64,000 nucleotides of DNA, from the NCBI RefSeq assembly GCF_963921235.1, contig NC_086118.1, forward strand, positions 16,184,001-16,248,000, read 5' to 3'. The position numbers and the translations under genes were made by a program. Shown here piece by piece: positions 24,700-38,689 of the stretch (the first letter of the stretch is position 1; each line of letters begins with the position of its first letter). Source of the DNA: Mobula hypostoma. Its lineage: Eukaryota. The notes below the pieces were generated by a model that worked only from the letters and a program-made list of their open reading frames with translations, did no database searches and was not told the origin of the DNA.

Positions 24700-27600
24700 T
24701 GGAAGCAATGTGAACTAAACATCGGCGACCAAAGCTTAACTCAGGCGAGGTGAATGTTAAAACTCAAAGATTTCAGACAGAAGGCACCAGCGAGAACAGG
24801 TAAGTTTTATTTTTTTTTTAAATTGTCTATAAATCCTTAGCCCCAAGTTCAGTGCAGGCAGGATGGTTAAGGCGCTGGAATGCTCCTCCTGTGAGGGTAC
24901 CTGACAGTGTCCTTAATAACTACATTTGCAGGACGCGTACCAGACTTTCGCTCCTGACTGACCAGGTCAAGGAACTGGAGCTGGATGTACTCACGACCAT
25001 GTGGGAGGCTGAAAACCTCAAATGTAACTTTTACTAAGGTGGTCACTTGCAGGCTTCAAATATGGATAGCTGATCACCACAGTAAGACAGCAAGCAGTCA
25101 ATGTAGGGTTGCCCTGTGGCTATTTCCTACATGGCCCAGCGACTCAGCAGGGAAGGGTAAAGTCAAGCAGAGAGATAAGAATAAGAGACTCAATAGTCAG
25201 GGGGACAGACAGGAGACTATGGCTGAGAAAGAGATGCCAAGATGGTGTGAAGCCTCCCAGGTGCTAGAGTCCACGATGTCTCAGAGCAGCTGCGGAATAT
25301 TATCCAGGGGAGGGTGAGGAGACAGGAATAATGTTGCACATTGGCACTACTGACATAGGTAGAAAGGGGGAAGAGATCCTGTGCAGACAATATAGTGAGT
25401 TAGGAAAGAGGCTGAGGAGCAGGACCTCCAAAATAGTCAGGGCAGGAAGAGGATGATAGTACAGATGTATGAGTGGCTGAGGAACTGGTGCAGGGGGTAG
25501 GCTTTCAGGTTCCTGGATCATTTGAACCTCTTCTGGAAAAAAGGTGACCTGTATTAAGAGGTGCAGTTTGCACCTAAACTGGAGGGGAACAAATATTCTA
25601 GCCAGGGGGTTCACTAATGCTACTTGGGAGGGTTTAAACTAGTTTGGCAGTGAGATGGAAACCAGAGCACCAGGTTAGAAAGTGGAAGTATAACAAAGGA
25701 AGTGTATATGGATAAGATCCCTAATGAGTACTTTACTTCAGAATTTACCAGGGATGTGGAGGATAATGAGATCAGCACCAAGACTATTAATATAGTACAG
25801 CATTTCAAAGTCAACGAGGAGGTGGTGTTGTGTCTCTTAAAAGCACTAAGGTGGACAAGTTGATGGGATATACCCCTGGTTATTGAGACAGGCAAGTGAA
25901 GAGATTGCTGGGGTCTTGAGCAATATCTGTCTCCTTCAGCCACAGGCAAGGTCCCAGAGGACTGGCGAGTAACTAATGTTGTTCCATTGTTCAAGAAGGG
26001 AACCAGAGAAAGGATGTTTCCCCTCAGAATAGAGGGGCGATCTTTCAAAACAGAGATGTGAAGAAATTTCTTTAGCCAAAGGGTAGTGAGTTTGTGGAAT
26101 TTATTGCCACATGCAGCTGTGGATGCCAGGTCGTTGGATGTATTTAAGGCAGAGATTGATAGGTTCTTGGTTGGACATGACATCAAAAGTTACGGGGAGA
26201 AGGCTAGGAACTAGGATTGAGGAGGAAAAACAAAGTATCAGCCTTGATCGAATGGCGGAGCAGACTTGATGGGCCAGATGGCCTAATTCTGCTCCTATGT
26301 CCTATAATCCTGGAAACTATTGACTGCTGAGTCTCATGTCAGTAATAGGGATATTACTGAAGAGAATTTATGAGCATCTGGAAAACCATGGCTTAATTAG
26401 GGAGAGCCAGTATGGTTTTGAGCAGGGCAAGTCATGTCTTACTAATGTAGTTGAGATTTTTTAATGAGGTGATAAGGGTGATTGATGAAGCAAGTTGTCC
26501 ACATGGATTTTAGTGAAGTGTTTGACAATGTCCCTTAAGGCAGGCTCATCAAGATCAAAATGCATGGGATCCCTGGCGAATTGGCCTTTTGCATTCAGTA
26601 CTAACTTTCCCAGAGAAGACAGAAGATGGTGGTCGATGGGACTTTTTGTTTTAGCTGGAGGTCTGTGTTCAGTAGTATTCCATAGGGATTGCACTGGGAT
26701 GTCTTCTGTTTGTGATGTATGTAAGTGACCTGAATTAATATGTAAATTGGTGAGATAGTAAGTTTGCAGATGATACAAAGATTAGTGGTGTTATGGATAG
26801 CTTAGATGACTGGCAGAGAATACAGCAGGATCAATTGCAGGTATGGGCAGAGAAAAGGCAGATAGACGTTTACCTGGTCAAATGCAAAGTCTGGCACCCA
26901 AGTAGGTCAAATGTAAAGAGACAGCACACTATTAAGAACAAGACCCTTAACAGTGTTAAACAGAGGGGCCTTGGGGCTACTGAAACCTTTACGCAGATTG
27001 TTAAGGTGCTTAAGAAGGCATATGGCATGCTTGCCCTTAATGAGTCAATGCAATGAGTTCAAAGGATAGGAAGGTATGTTGCCGCTCTATAAAACTCGAG
27101 TTAGGCCGCACCTGGAGTACTGCATACAGTTCTGGTCACCCGATTATAAGGATGTTGAGGCTTTGGAGAGGATGTAGAAGAGGTTTACCAGGATGCTGCC
27201 TGGATTAGAGGGCATGTGCTACAATGAGAGGTTGGACAAACTTGGATTATTTCCTCTGGAGCGTTAGAGGCTCAGGGTAGATCCGATAGAGGTTTATAAG
27301 ACTATGAGAGGCATGGATAGAGTAGACAAACTGTACCTTTTACCTAGGGTTGAAATGTCTAATACCAGAGGGCATGCATTTAAAGCGAGAGGGGGTAATT
27401 TCAAAGGAGATGTGTGAGAGAGTGGTGGGTGCCAGGGATGATGATAAGAGGCAGATACATTCAGGACTTTTAAGAAATATTTAGATAGGCAAATGAACGC
27501 GAGGGAAATAGATATGGGACATTGTGTAGGCACAATTAGTTGGCCATTTGATTACTAATTTATTTGGTTCAGCACAATAGTGGGGGCTGAAGTAATATTT
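24700..27600 (+). mobile_element. CR1 LINE, internally deleted and decayed, with a second CR1 3' fragment nested at about 26010-26303
   Basis: ORF1 esterase-like remnant (HIGTTDIGR near 25340); RT remnants (VPEDWRVTNVVPLFKKG, KFADDTK, RPHLEYCIQFWSP). Boundaries approximate. Confidence 0.85.
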
Positions 27601-28659
27601 TATCATAGTACTGTTGGATTTAATTATTACAAGAATAACTACTATAATCACAATTACCACAAGTTGAGATGTTGGTAATGAGAATGAATTTGCTTATAAT
27701 TTACCCAAAATACTAGACAATTAAATGAATGCCAATCTTTAATTTTTATAACATTTTTTAAACTCACTCTTCCTCCAAGGACCTAGCTAACACTTTAAAG
27801 CTGTCTGTCTGCTTTAGCAGTGAATGGCAGGTATGATTTAAACCAGCAGGGAAGGATGCAGCCAAGAAACATTACTTTCACCTTCCGTGCCAATCTATGC
27901 CCATGTAAGGGCTGGTCTTGTGATTTCCCTACAAGCAGCTTGAAGTGTATGCTAGGGTCAATTTGTTGAACTCAGGGTCAGCAGCCATTGACATGTGGCT
28001 ATCAACCATTGGAGAGTTGTGGTATGGCCGGATTGTCCAATCAATTTATACACATCAAATGTTAGGATATTAACTCCAATATAAAAACCAAAAACACTGA
28101 AACACTTAACAGGTTAGGAGAATCTTTCAAAGTACAAAAGTTGAGCTAACCTTTTGGATAGAAGATGAAGAGCCCAACATGTTTTTATTTTAGATTTTGG
28201 CATCTGCTCTTTTTAATATTCATTAAATCCAATATGTTTGTCCGATTCAAAAAGAGTCCCTGATATTGTTGTTCTGGTTATTTTAAAAGTTTTACTGGAT
28301 TAGATATCTCTCAGAATGAACTGAGATACTGCAGTATTAATATTATGAGAATTTAAAGATAAATGTAAGCCTTTCCATTATTGGAAACAGGGTTGTATCT
28401 TGTCTTCGACTGCTGTGTATTGTAATGCTACTATTTTCATCAGCTGTCAAATGCACCATATTCACAATCCTTCAATTTTATCACCTTTGAATGCTTTTGA
28501 CATTTTTTACATTTATTCTGGTCATTGGATAGAACATTTCAGCATGCCTTATTTTGTCCAAATTCATTTCAATATTGACTTTTCTCAGAAATAAGTCAGA
28601 ATTTTACCAAAAACATTATCCGTTCTTCCCCTTTCACAGTTTTGGTGATTTTTCCAACA

Positions 28660-28990
28660 TGGTGACTCAGTAGTGTAGTAGTCACTGTTAGCGTAACACT
28701 GTTACAGCTCCAGTGATTGGAGATCAGGGTTCAATTCCTGCTGCTGTCCATAAAGAGCCTGCACATTCACTGACTGCGTGCGTTGCCTCCAGATGCTCGG
28801 TTTCCTCCCACATTCCAAAAAGATGTACAGATCAGGGTTAGTAAATTGTAGACATGCTATGTTGACACCTGAAGCATGGTAACACTTACAGGTAGTCCCC
28901 CAGCACATCAGAAACGATGATGTAAACTATGCATTTCATTGCATGTTTCATTATTTAAATGTACATATGACAACTGAAGATGATCTTTAA
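28660..28990 (+). mobile_element. tRNA-derived V-SINE-like element
   Basis: B-box-like gggttcaattcc at 28727; core tgcctccagatgctcggtttcctcccacattccaaa; short-repeat tail. Confidence 0.75.
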
Positions 28991-29238
28991 TCTTTAAAAT
29001 GTGTTTGTGGGAATTTGAAACAAAGCAATAAAATTGTTCTGATCACTATTATTTCCATTTAAAATGACTCAACTATAAAATCTAGCTTACTTAACTATAT
29101 ATTATTATACCTTTTCCAGTGTCTACAGGTGAATATTTCCCATTTGAACACCAGTTCAATTTGATGTTACAAAAAAAGGCTCTCCCTTAAGAATTTGCAC
29201 AAACATACAAAGAGAACATCTCATCTCAATTTTCTCAC

Positions 29239-29358
29239 CTCTCTGAAGAGTGCACCATAGAACTGAACAATATATGGACAATCACTACTCCTCATTACAA
29301 CATCTAAATCCATCAAAAGCTGTTTCTGCTCTTTCTCATCCACTGTTGATCGAATTCG
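29239..29358 (-). CDS. MAP2K4: MAP2K4 coding exon (exon 4 equivalent, 120 nt)
   Basis: tttacag|CGA ATT CGA ... TTC AGA GAG|gtgaga; RIRSTVDEKEQKQLLMDLDVVMRSSDCPYIVQFYGALFRE. Confidence 0.98.
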
Positions 29359-31531
29359 CTGTAAAGAACGTAAAACATTAGAAAAATTGTCAGATTTCTA
29401 TATAGTTAGAAGACGCTCCATTTTTCTTGAAAGTAAACTGTCGCGACCTCCTTCTGCAACTTAAAATCTATACTTTTGGGTAGATTCTTTTTTCCTTTGT
29501 AGTTCTATATGCTTTTTCAGCCATGTACACAAAGTTCGGCATTTTAAGTCAAATTTTATAATATGAAAAATGCATATACTTCAGTATTATTCAAAATAAT
29601 CCATATTTTGTTCTCACAGTTGTTTATGATTTTTCAACTGATGAAATAATTTTGTTTCTCTTTTAAACATTTTTTGGGTAGCTTTAATAGTGAAGTAGTA
29701 AGGAACAGGTTATGCCCGAAATGGTAAATAATATTATGCACTTCAATGACTTTTCATATTTGCTGTCTTATAGGGGGGAAAACAAGTTCTGTTAATGAAT
29801 CTATCAAAAATATAACAGAAACACATTAATTATTAAGTTGACAGAGAGAAAAAAGCACAATGGTGACATACGATATACAAGCTCAGGTTCAATTGCTGGT
29901 GTCTAGGGTCAGTCTCCTGCTAATTTTCTTTAAGACAGTTCTGCAATAATGTCACCAGACAACACTAGACTACACTCTAATAGCCTGCATTGCTAACTAT
30001 CATTGATACCAAGTAGCAAGTTGTAGTGCTAAACAACCTCTCCTGCTAGGAGGATCTTTAGGCATTAGTTTCTCATAGGATTACAAGGAGCATATTAATC
30101 ACAGACTGAAGGTGAGGTTAACAAAATGACCAGGATCAAAATAAGCTATCAATGTTTGTACACTGTGCAAGGCCTACAATAGACCAATAGCCAAAACAAA
30201 TCTAAAACATCCTGGTCTCATTAAATCTGTTGCTTTAAGAATTGTAAAAATCATAAAGCAAAAATCATGTATAAACTCAAAAAATAAACCATTTTTTGAA
30301 CATGAAACTTACCACCATATGAAGTTATTAAAACAAACAATTGGTGTGTCTTTAAATTCATTTATGTCCACAAAGGGAAAGGACAAGCAGATACGTAGAT
30401 CAAATGAAAAGTGAAAGGCAGCTTAACACGGGCATGAATGGTTGGATTGGCTATAAATTTTACGTAATTCTATGTGATACATACCTACTTGGCAATTAGC
30501 TTTAGTGAGCTCTGATGGTTTTGTAGTCTGCCTGCTGCTTCCTCTAAAACCTGATGTCATAGGCACAGATCTCAAAACATATGAAAGGGAGGAGGTTGAT
30601 AATGCAAACTGGCAAAGGGGTGTACTGCCATTTGAGATGCATACAGAGCATATAGAGTTTGCTGAATAAATTGAATATATTTTCATCAAAAGAGAATGTT
30701 GGAAATATCAAGAGACTTGTACTATAAAATTTGGAAATCAAACTCAATTGAAGTTTAAGTATGAAATGCACATTTGACTATTTAAATGCAAATTTATGTG
30801 CATTATTGTCTAGTTTTAACTGCACTGAATCATCAGGGTATCAGAGTGAATGAAGCTCATAAATACAGTAATTTAGGATGATGTGCCCAAAAGGCATTAA
30901 GCTCCTGTTGATCGTTCAATCAGTAGCTTAAGAATGCACATAACCTATTAGAGTCAAACTGAAAAAATTTCTTCAGTTACAACTAGACTTACTAGGTCAA
31001 GCAAACTAGGAATGTGCTAATACTACTACATTTGTAGTTTGCACTATGTTAAATGCAGTTTTCCTTCTCATACCAGTGGGATGATTGTGTAGATATTTTG
31101 GTGGATTTAATGTCCGAAAGGATAGTTTCAACCCTCTCCTTGTGAAAGCTGATTGAATGTAACATTCTACCCACACGTTGGTACAAATTTCTGAAGAGTT
31201 ATGAAAGATTTTTTTGGAAAACTGTGGTGGGGGGTTGTGTAGGGATGGAAAACACAATTGGAATAAGGGCATTGCCTTAAAACTGAAAATAAGCTGTGGG
31301 AATGGAATGGAAATTGTTCCTTTAGTGCCTGACTTTATGGAAGCAACTCAGATTCGGCACACTCATGCTCAATGCATAAACTGTAGATAATACGAAGAAA
31401 AGGTTTTGAAAGAAACATTTAACAGCTTTGTTTTCCAAGTAGATCTTGTAAAGTTGATTTTAATAAATGGATTTCCTATTTATCTTGCAGCTTATATCAA
31501 GCTTATCAAGAATTACTATTTTAATGCTTAC

Positions 31532-31706
31532 TTTCACTGCCATAACCTGCTCACTTGGGTTATGGACCATTTTGTTCACAGAACCGTAGGCTCCACGTCC
31601 TATTTCCCCAAGGTCCTTGAGGTCATCCGCAGTGAAATCATACAACTGTTCTGGAGAGATCTTCAATTTCCCTGAGGATTCAATGCTATGAGTCCGCAGC
31701 CTCTCT
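31532..31706 (-). CDS. MAP2K4: MAP2K4 coding exon (exon 3 equivalent, 175 nt): Gly-rich loop and catalytic Lys
   Basis: tttcag|A GAG AGG CTG ... GCA GTG AAA|gtaagc; ERLRTHSIESSGKLKISPEQLYDFTADDLKDLGEIGRGAYGSVNKMVHNPSEQVMAVK (inside ORF 31460..31783). Phase matches the previous exon. Confidence 0.98.
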
Positions 31707-32427
31707 CTGAAAAAGGATGTCAAGAATGTCATTGGTCTCAGATTTTCAGAAGTGTAATCCTCATCAGTTAGAATCCACACCACTCCTTTAATCAGCTTCC
31801 TCTATTGTGGCTGTTATTTAGAAATATTGCTTACATTCTTTGACTTCCTGCAAAACAAAATGATAATAGATGGAAATCTGTGCATTTCAATTGTGTAATC
31901 ATACATTCCTCTTTGCTTTTTCTATAAAAACTAGTACAAAAAGTATAGTTATGATGGGTTTCAATACTGCTTCCTCTGATTTAATGTGAAGACAACCATT
32001 TGGGCTGACAGGGTGCATTTGATATGATGCCATAATGTTCAACCTCCTCCTCGTGCTGCCAACAGTGCAAATGTTTTCAATATTTTGACACTCTCAGCAC
32101 CTCCAAATTTTTCTGTGATAATGGTGACCAACATTGCTTAGTGCAGCCAAGAGTGGTCTATTACAAGTTTAGTGCTAGGTCAGCACAAGTCAAGTACCTC
32201 TTAATTCCGTCTTGCCAAAACTATTGAAATTGACATAGGAGCAGAATTAGGCCATCTGGCTTATCAAATTTGTTCTGCCATTCCATCACAACTAATTTAT
32301 TATCCCTCTCAAACCAGTTCTGCCTTTCCCTTGTAACCTTTGACGTCTTTACTAATTAAGAACTCATATCTAAACTCATTTTATAAATTATACTTTTTCA
32401 ATTTCAAAACCAGTCCAGCAAAATTTA

Positions 32428-32585
32428 AGCAACACACATCAAAGTTGCTGGTGAACGCAGCAGGCCAGGCAGCATCTCTAGGAAGAGGTACAGTCGACGT
32501 TTCAGGCCGAGACCCTTTGTCTGGATATTCACCAGCAACTTTGATGTGCCATGCTTGAATTTCCAGCATCTGCAGAATTTCTTTG
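32428..32585 (-). mobile_element. 158-bp Penelope-derived mini-element with partial inverted end
   Basis: 13-bp TSD CCAGCAAAATTTA (32415-32427 / 32586-32598); 32430-32516 is the reverse complement of 15275-15361 at 84/87. Confidence 0.88.
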
Positions 32586-32814
32586 CCAGCAAAATTTACT
32601 CTTTTATAAAACTGGAATGTGTCAGAATTAGTTTTTTCTTTAGTAAGTTATAGCATTATCATTATTAAAATCCCAAACTTTTAATCCATTGATCTACACT
32701 CATGTATTCCCCATTCTAGAAAAAAAAACCCTTGTTGGACTTCCTTGCATATTCAGTTGTGAGTCCTATATATATCATGTCCAATATTATCCCCTTTGTC
32801 TATATTTTAAAAGT

Positions 32815-33810
32815 TACAGAATTATACATGTACATGGGCCACTCGCCTAAATTCATCCAAGCAGACTAGTGGGCACCTTTTGTAATAATCCCATCTCCCA
32901 GCATTTTGCCCATACCCTTCTATACCTCTGCATTCATCCAGCTATTTCCTAAATGTGATCCAATTTCAATCATGTTCTCCAGGTACTTAGCATTCTTTGG
33001 CTGAAATCTCTTATATGCTCCCTAAAACTCTTTTCTAAATCAAGGTCCTCTCTGGGGAAAAAGTTTCCTGCTGTCTACCTTTTCAATACCCCTCAAAGTT
33101 TATGGACCTTATTCATATTCCCTCCTAACCTCCTCCATTCCTAGGAGAGAAGATATAGACTCTCCAGTCTCCTCCCATAGCTAACCTGTTCCATCCAGGT
33201 AATACTCTGGTGAATCTACTCTGCACCTACTTCAGTACTATCATGTCCTTCCTCATGGTGATCCTAATTGGATGCAGTACTCCATCTAGAGTTGATAATG
33301 GTTTCATAAAGTTGTAGATTAATCTGTCGACTTCTGTATTCCGTGATGACTATCAATGAAAAATAGTCATTCTGGATCTCAGCCACATTTTCGTCAAAAA
33401 GGCCCTGATTTTTCTCTGGTTATTCCTTTGCCCTTTTCCAATGCTTTCATATTTAACTTAATCCTATCTGCCAATAAATTTTCAGGATTCTCTAGGCCTT
33501 CCTAATTTCCTAATTCAGCACCTTCCTGCACTTTAATGGAGTGGCCCATTAAGTGCATTAGTTCTCTGTACCTGTCATGACTCCTTTACCTAATCTTCAT
33601 TATCCTTAGATATCCAAGGTTCCCTATACTTGTTATCCCTGGCTTTTACCCTTACTATTTCTCTTTCTCACTTACAATATATTTCACAGTGTGCAGATGC
33701 AAGCATGCCTCCAAGTTAATATTTCCAATCTACCTCCTTGAGGCTAATGAAATTGCCCTTCCCCAATTTAAGACCTTTATTACCAGTCCACACTATTCTT
33801 TTCTGTAGGA
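32815..33810 (-). repeat. Old CR1 remnant
   Basis: Decayed similarity to the younger CR1 copies at 35414 and 45340 (ctctggtgaatctactctgcacc, cagtactcca). Boundaries approximate. Confidence 0.6.
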
Positions 33811-35413
33811 TTTAGGATAGGTTTTTAAAATATATGGAGCAACAAACTATCTGCTAGACAAACACTGATGCAGTTTTCAACCCAAAACATGGACAATTCC
33901 TTCAAACCTCAATCGCTAGCTCTTTCTTCCCTCATTGGTCTATCCACATAAGACACCAAAAAGCTCTCCTGGATATCTATCTATAAATCTGTTCCAGTCA
34001 AGGTGGCACCAAAATGTGGTCTGTTAAGGTTGTGGCTCAGGCTAAGTTATTGTTTAGGTTTTGGAGGCAGCGTAGGGAGTTAGGGAACAGGTTAGGGTTT
34101 AGAGGCAGTGATAAGGGGAGATAGAAGTCAGAGCCAGTAGCTGGAGCTCTCCGCAGTAGAAGGCCAATGATCTCCATGAATAGATGTCAGGTCATCAGGC
34201 GCTGAGACAAAGACTAGTGATCCCTGTGGTTAATGATTGAGGTTGATGGGCCCTGTGAATGATGCAGGTGACTCCTCCCAGGTTAGTGGTGAGTCCTGGG
34301 GTCGGCGGTCTGTGCAAGTCCAGAGTTTGAAGCCCAAAGTTGGCGTACCCAGAAGTCCAAGGCTGATGTCTGGAAGTCCAGTTGAAGGACAAAAACCCTG
34401 GTTGGCAAGTCGCAAGCTTGGAAGCCCATGTGACTATAGAGTTAGAGGCCGGAGTTCAAAGACTCATGATATCTAGGCCCTGGGGTTGACCAAAGATTGA
34501 AAATCCATGTTGCCCAGTTAAGAAGTCGAGGTCCAATGATCAAGACCCTGGACTGGCAAGTCTGGAAGATAGAAGCCCAAGTCTGCAAGTCTATGTGTCT
34601 GTGTGTGAAAAGGGGCTTGTGCTACTGTTTTGTTGCTGTGGCTTATGTGGTTCTGCTGAACACCGTGGGCATGCTATGTTGGCACTGGAATGTGTGTTGA
34701 CATTTGCAAGCTGCCCCCAAACTCATCCTTAGGTTACGTTGGTTATAAACACAAATGCATTTCATTGTGTGTTTCAATGTATACGTGATAAATAAATGAA
34801 TCTTAATCTCCTGTGGACTGTTGGTAAGTCTGTAATATAACCCCAGCAAAGTTTGAGGAGCCTTCTAGGATATCCTCCTTTAAAACTGAAGTAAACCAAA
34901 CACTAACAATGCAATATCTCCTCCACTTGGCTGAAAATTCTATACCCTAGGATATTAAGTTGCCATTCCTGCCCATCCTTAAACCATATCTCATTGATGA
35001 CAGCAATACTGAGAGTCAATGTGGTTATGCAATTTTTAGGCCAGGCAGTGTCATATATTTAAAAAAAAGGGTGGTGGTGGGGAGGGGGGAGGGTGGGGAA
35101 GAGACATGACACTGCAGATGCTGGAATATGGAGCAACAAAATCAGTCCTGATGCATGGCTTTGACCAGAAATGTTGACAATCCTATCCTCCCACACATGC
35201 TACTTAACCAGCGTTCTTCAAGCAAATTCACAATAAAAGGAAACACCAAGTTAAAGCATTACCCCACGGCATATCAGTAGTCAAAGGTATCGGAGGACTA
35301 AATATGAAATGTTCCTGATGTTCAAAATTGTTCAAAAATAGTCACTTATATCAAAATATTAAAAATATAAATGTTTGAATACTTCAAGACATTGAGAAAA
35401 TTTAAACCAAATA

Positions 35414-37489
35414 CATAGAAACCATAGAAACTACAGCACAGAAACAGGCCTTTTGGACTTTCTTGGCTGTGCCAAACCATTTTCTGCCTAGTCCCACTGA
35501 CCTGCACACGGACTATATCCCTCCATACACCTCCCATCCATGTATCTGTCTAATTTATTCTTAAATGTTAAAAAAGAACCAGCATTTACCACCTCATCTG
35601 GCAGCTCATTCCATACTCCCACCACTCTGAGTGAAGAAGCCCCGCCTAATGTTCCCTTTAAACTTTTCCCCCCTCACCCTTAACCCGTCCTCTGGTTTTT
35701 TTCTCCCCTTGCCTCAGTGGAAAAAGCCTGCTTGCATTCATTCTATCTATACCCATCATAATTTTATATACCTCTATCAAATCTCCCCTCATTCTTCTAC
35801 GCTCCAGGGAATAAAGTCCTAACCTATTCAACCTTTCTCTGTAACTGAGTTTCTCAAGTCCTGGCAACATCCTTGTAAACGTTCTCTGCACTCTTTCAAC
35901 CTTACTTACATCCTTCCTGTAATTTGGTGACCAAAACTGAATACAATACTCCAGATTCGGCCTCACCAATGCCTTATACAACCTCATCATAACATTCCAG
36001 CTCTTATACTCAATACTTTGATTAATAAAGGCCAATGTACCAAAAGCTCTCTTTACGACCCTATCTACTTGTGACGCCACTTTTAGGAAATTTTGTATCT
36101 GTATTCCCAGATCCCTCTGTTCCACTGCACTCCTCAGTGCCTTACCATTAACCCTGTATGTTCTACCTTGGTTTGTCCTTCCAACGTGCAATACCTCACA
36201 CTTGTCTGTATTAAACTCCATCTGCCATTTTTCAGCCCAGTTTTCCAGCTGGTCCAAGTCCCTCTGCAGGCTCTGAAAACCTTCCTCACTGTCTGCTACA
36301 CCTCCAATCTTTGTATCATCCAAACTTGCTGATCCAATTTACCACATTATCATCCAGATCATTGATATAGATGACAAATAATAATGGACCCAGCACTGAT
36401 CCCTGTGGCACACCACTAGTCACAGGCCTCCACTCAAAGAAGCAATTCTCTACCACCACTCTCTGGCTTCTTCCATCGAGCCAATGTCTAATCCAATTTA
36501 CCACCTCTCTATGTATACCTAGCGACTGAATTTTCCTAACTAACCTCCCATGCGGGACCTTGTCAAAGGAAGGCCTTACTGAAATCCATGTAGACAATAT
36601 CCACTGCCTTCCCTTCATCCACTTTCCTGGTAACCTCCTCGAAAAACTTCAATAGATTGGTCAAACATGACCTACCACGCACAAAGCCATGTTGACTCTC
36701 CCTAATAAGTCCCTGTCTATCCAAATGCTTGTAGATTCTGTCTCTTAGTACTCCCTCCAATAACTTACCTACTACCGACGTTAAACTCACCGGCCTATAA
36801 TATCCCGGATTACTTTTCGATCCTTTTTTAAACAATGGAACAACATGAGCCACTCTCCAATCCTCCGGCACTTCAGCTGTAGACAGCGACATTTTAAATA
36901 TTTCTGCCAGGGCCCCCGCAATTTCAACACTAGTCTCCTTCAAGGTCCGAGGGAACACTCTGTCAGGTCCCGGGGATTTATCCACTTTAATTTTCCTCAA
37001 GACAGCAAGCACCTCCTCCTTTTCAATCTGTACAGTTTCCATGATCTCACTACTTGATTCCCTCAATTCCATAGACTTCATGCCAGTTTCCTTAGTAAAT
37101 ACAGACGCAAAAAACCTATTTAAGATCTCCCCTATTCCTTTGGTTCCGCACATAGCCGACCACTCTGATCTTCAAGAGGACCAATTTTATCCCTTACAAT
37201 CCTTTTGCTCTTAATATACCTGTAAAAGTTCTTTGGATTATCCTTCACTTTGACTGCCAAGGCAACCTCATGTCTTCTTTTAGCCCTCCTGATTACTTTC
37301 TTAAGTATTTTCTTGCACTTCTTATACTCCTCAAGCACCTGATTTACTCCCTGTTTCCTATACATTTCATACAACTCCCTCTTCTTCTTTATCAGAGTTG
37401 CAATATCCCTTGAGAACCAAAGTTCCTTATTCCTATTCAATTTGCCTTTAATCCTGACAGGAACATACAAACTCTGCACTCTCAAAATT
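35414..37489 (-). mobile_element. CR1 LINE, 5'-truncated, relatively young
   Basis: Overlapping ORFs 37132..37485, 36563..37153, 36316..36618 and 35658..36323 give a CR1 RT (KSPGPD, YRPVSLTS, GVPQGSVLGP, RPNLEYCIQFWSP); tandem tail catagaaac repeats at 35414. Confidence 0.95.
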
Positions 37490-38689
37490 AACTAACATCG
37501 TAAAAATAATGAAAGCACCATGTAAGCTCTTGTCCAAAATCAAATCTATTAAAGTCTGTGCTCCCTGGTTAGAGAAAGTAATTTTCTCAGGATCAAGGAT
37601 CAGCCAAGCAGAAAGTTGACTTCAACCTCTGTCTGGGCAAGCCCTGAATTTCTACATAGTACATAGGTGAAAGTTGTCTGCTCCAAAGTAGAACTACTGA
37701 CTTTTAACGTGAAGGTGAAGGCGATGGCGATCATCTTTTGTCTCTCTCCACACTCACTGAGAGTGTGTTATGACCTAAAATACCTCCCAGTCTCAATTTT
37801 TCCATAGGGTTGTCTCAGTCACTCACATTGAGACAGTTTGCTCAGAAGCACAGTACTGCTTGCGTTTTATTATAGAAAATATACAGGCCTATTTTAAATT
37901 CACATTTAATAGAAATTTATTTTTTTAGTTTCCAAATACCTTTTTACACTATACTCCCTGTCACTGGCACTTCCCTTAGTTGCTTTTCCCTAATAATTTA
38001 TAAGGTATTTGACTCTACCTCCTTCCTGTAATGAATGGCCAGGCATGTGAACTGTTAAACCAAATATTCCGGTTCAACAATCATAATGCAAACATTAATC
38101 AAAGCAATGGCAATAGCATTATGCTGAATTCTCATGCACATATCAGGAATTAAAACACATGGAACATTCTTCACACTTCCAAAAATAATTATAGGTTTGG
38201 AACTATTGACTTCCCACTGCAGTCTAGAAAATGGAAGGTAGACGAAATATTTTCATGCAGGTCAGAAAAAATGCACACATATTCCACTCTCGCCTTGAGA
38301 GAACAATGGTCAAGAAAAGGCTGAAGAAGCTAATCTGCATGAATAATGGTAGAAATGCATTTCATAAAAAATTTTGCACTCTTAAAAATGCACTATTTTG
38401 ATCTGGTTTGAAATATATCCTCAAATTATTCATAAATAGATCACAAAAGGCTCATGATGTCAATGTTTGACAAGATTATACCTGACACCAGCAACCAGGG
38501 TCTCCCCATGTCAATACTGAACTGATCAGAATATATCTTCCCGATCCATGGTATTCTAGATGATACCAACGTGCAAGATGGCAGCAAGTCTAATGGTAGT
38601 GAGAAAGCTCCATGCTTAACACATTCTTGAAAACTCCAGACAAAACTCCATTCCTAGGTTTTAGCAATGTTGTAATTTTAATTACTATT

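Noticed and set aside
34050..34105. TTAGGG-like repeats
   Set aside because: Only two or three degenerate units inside a decayed repeat; not a convincing interstitial telomere.
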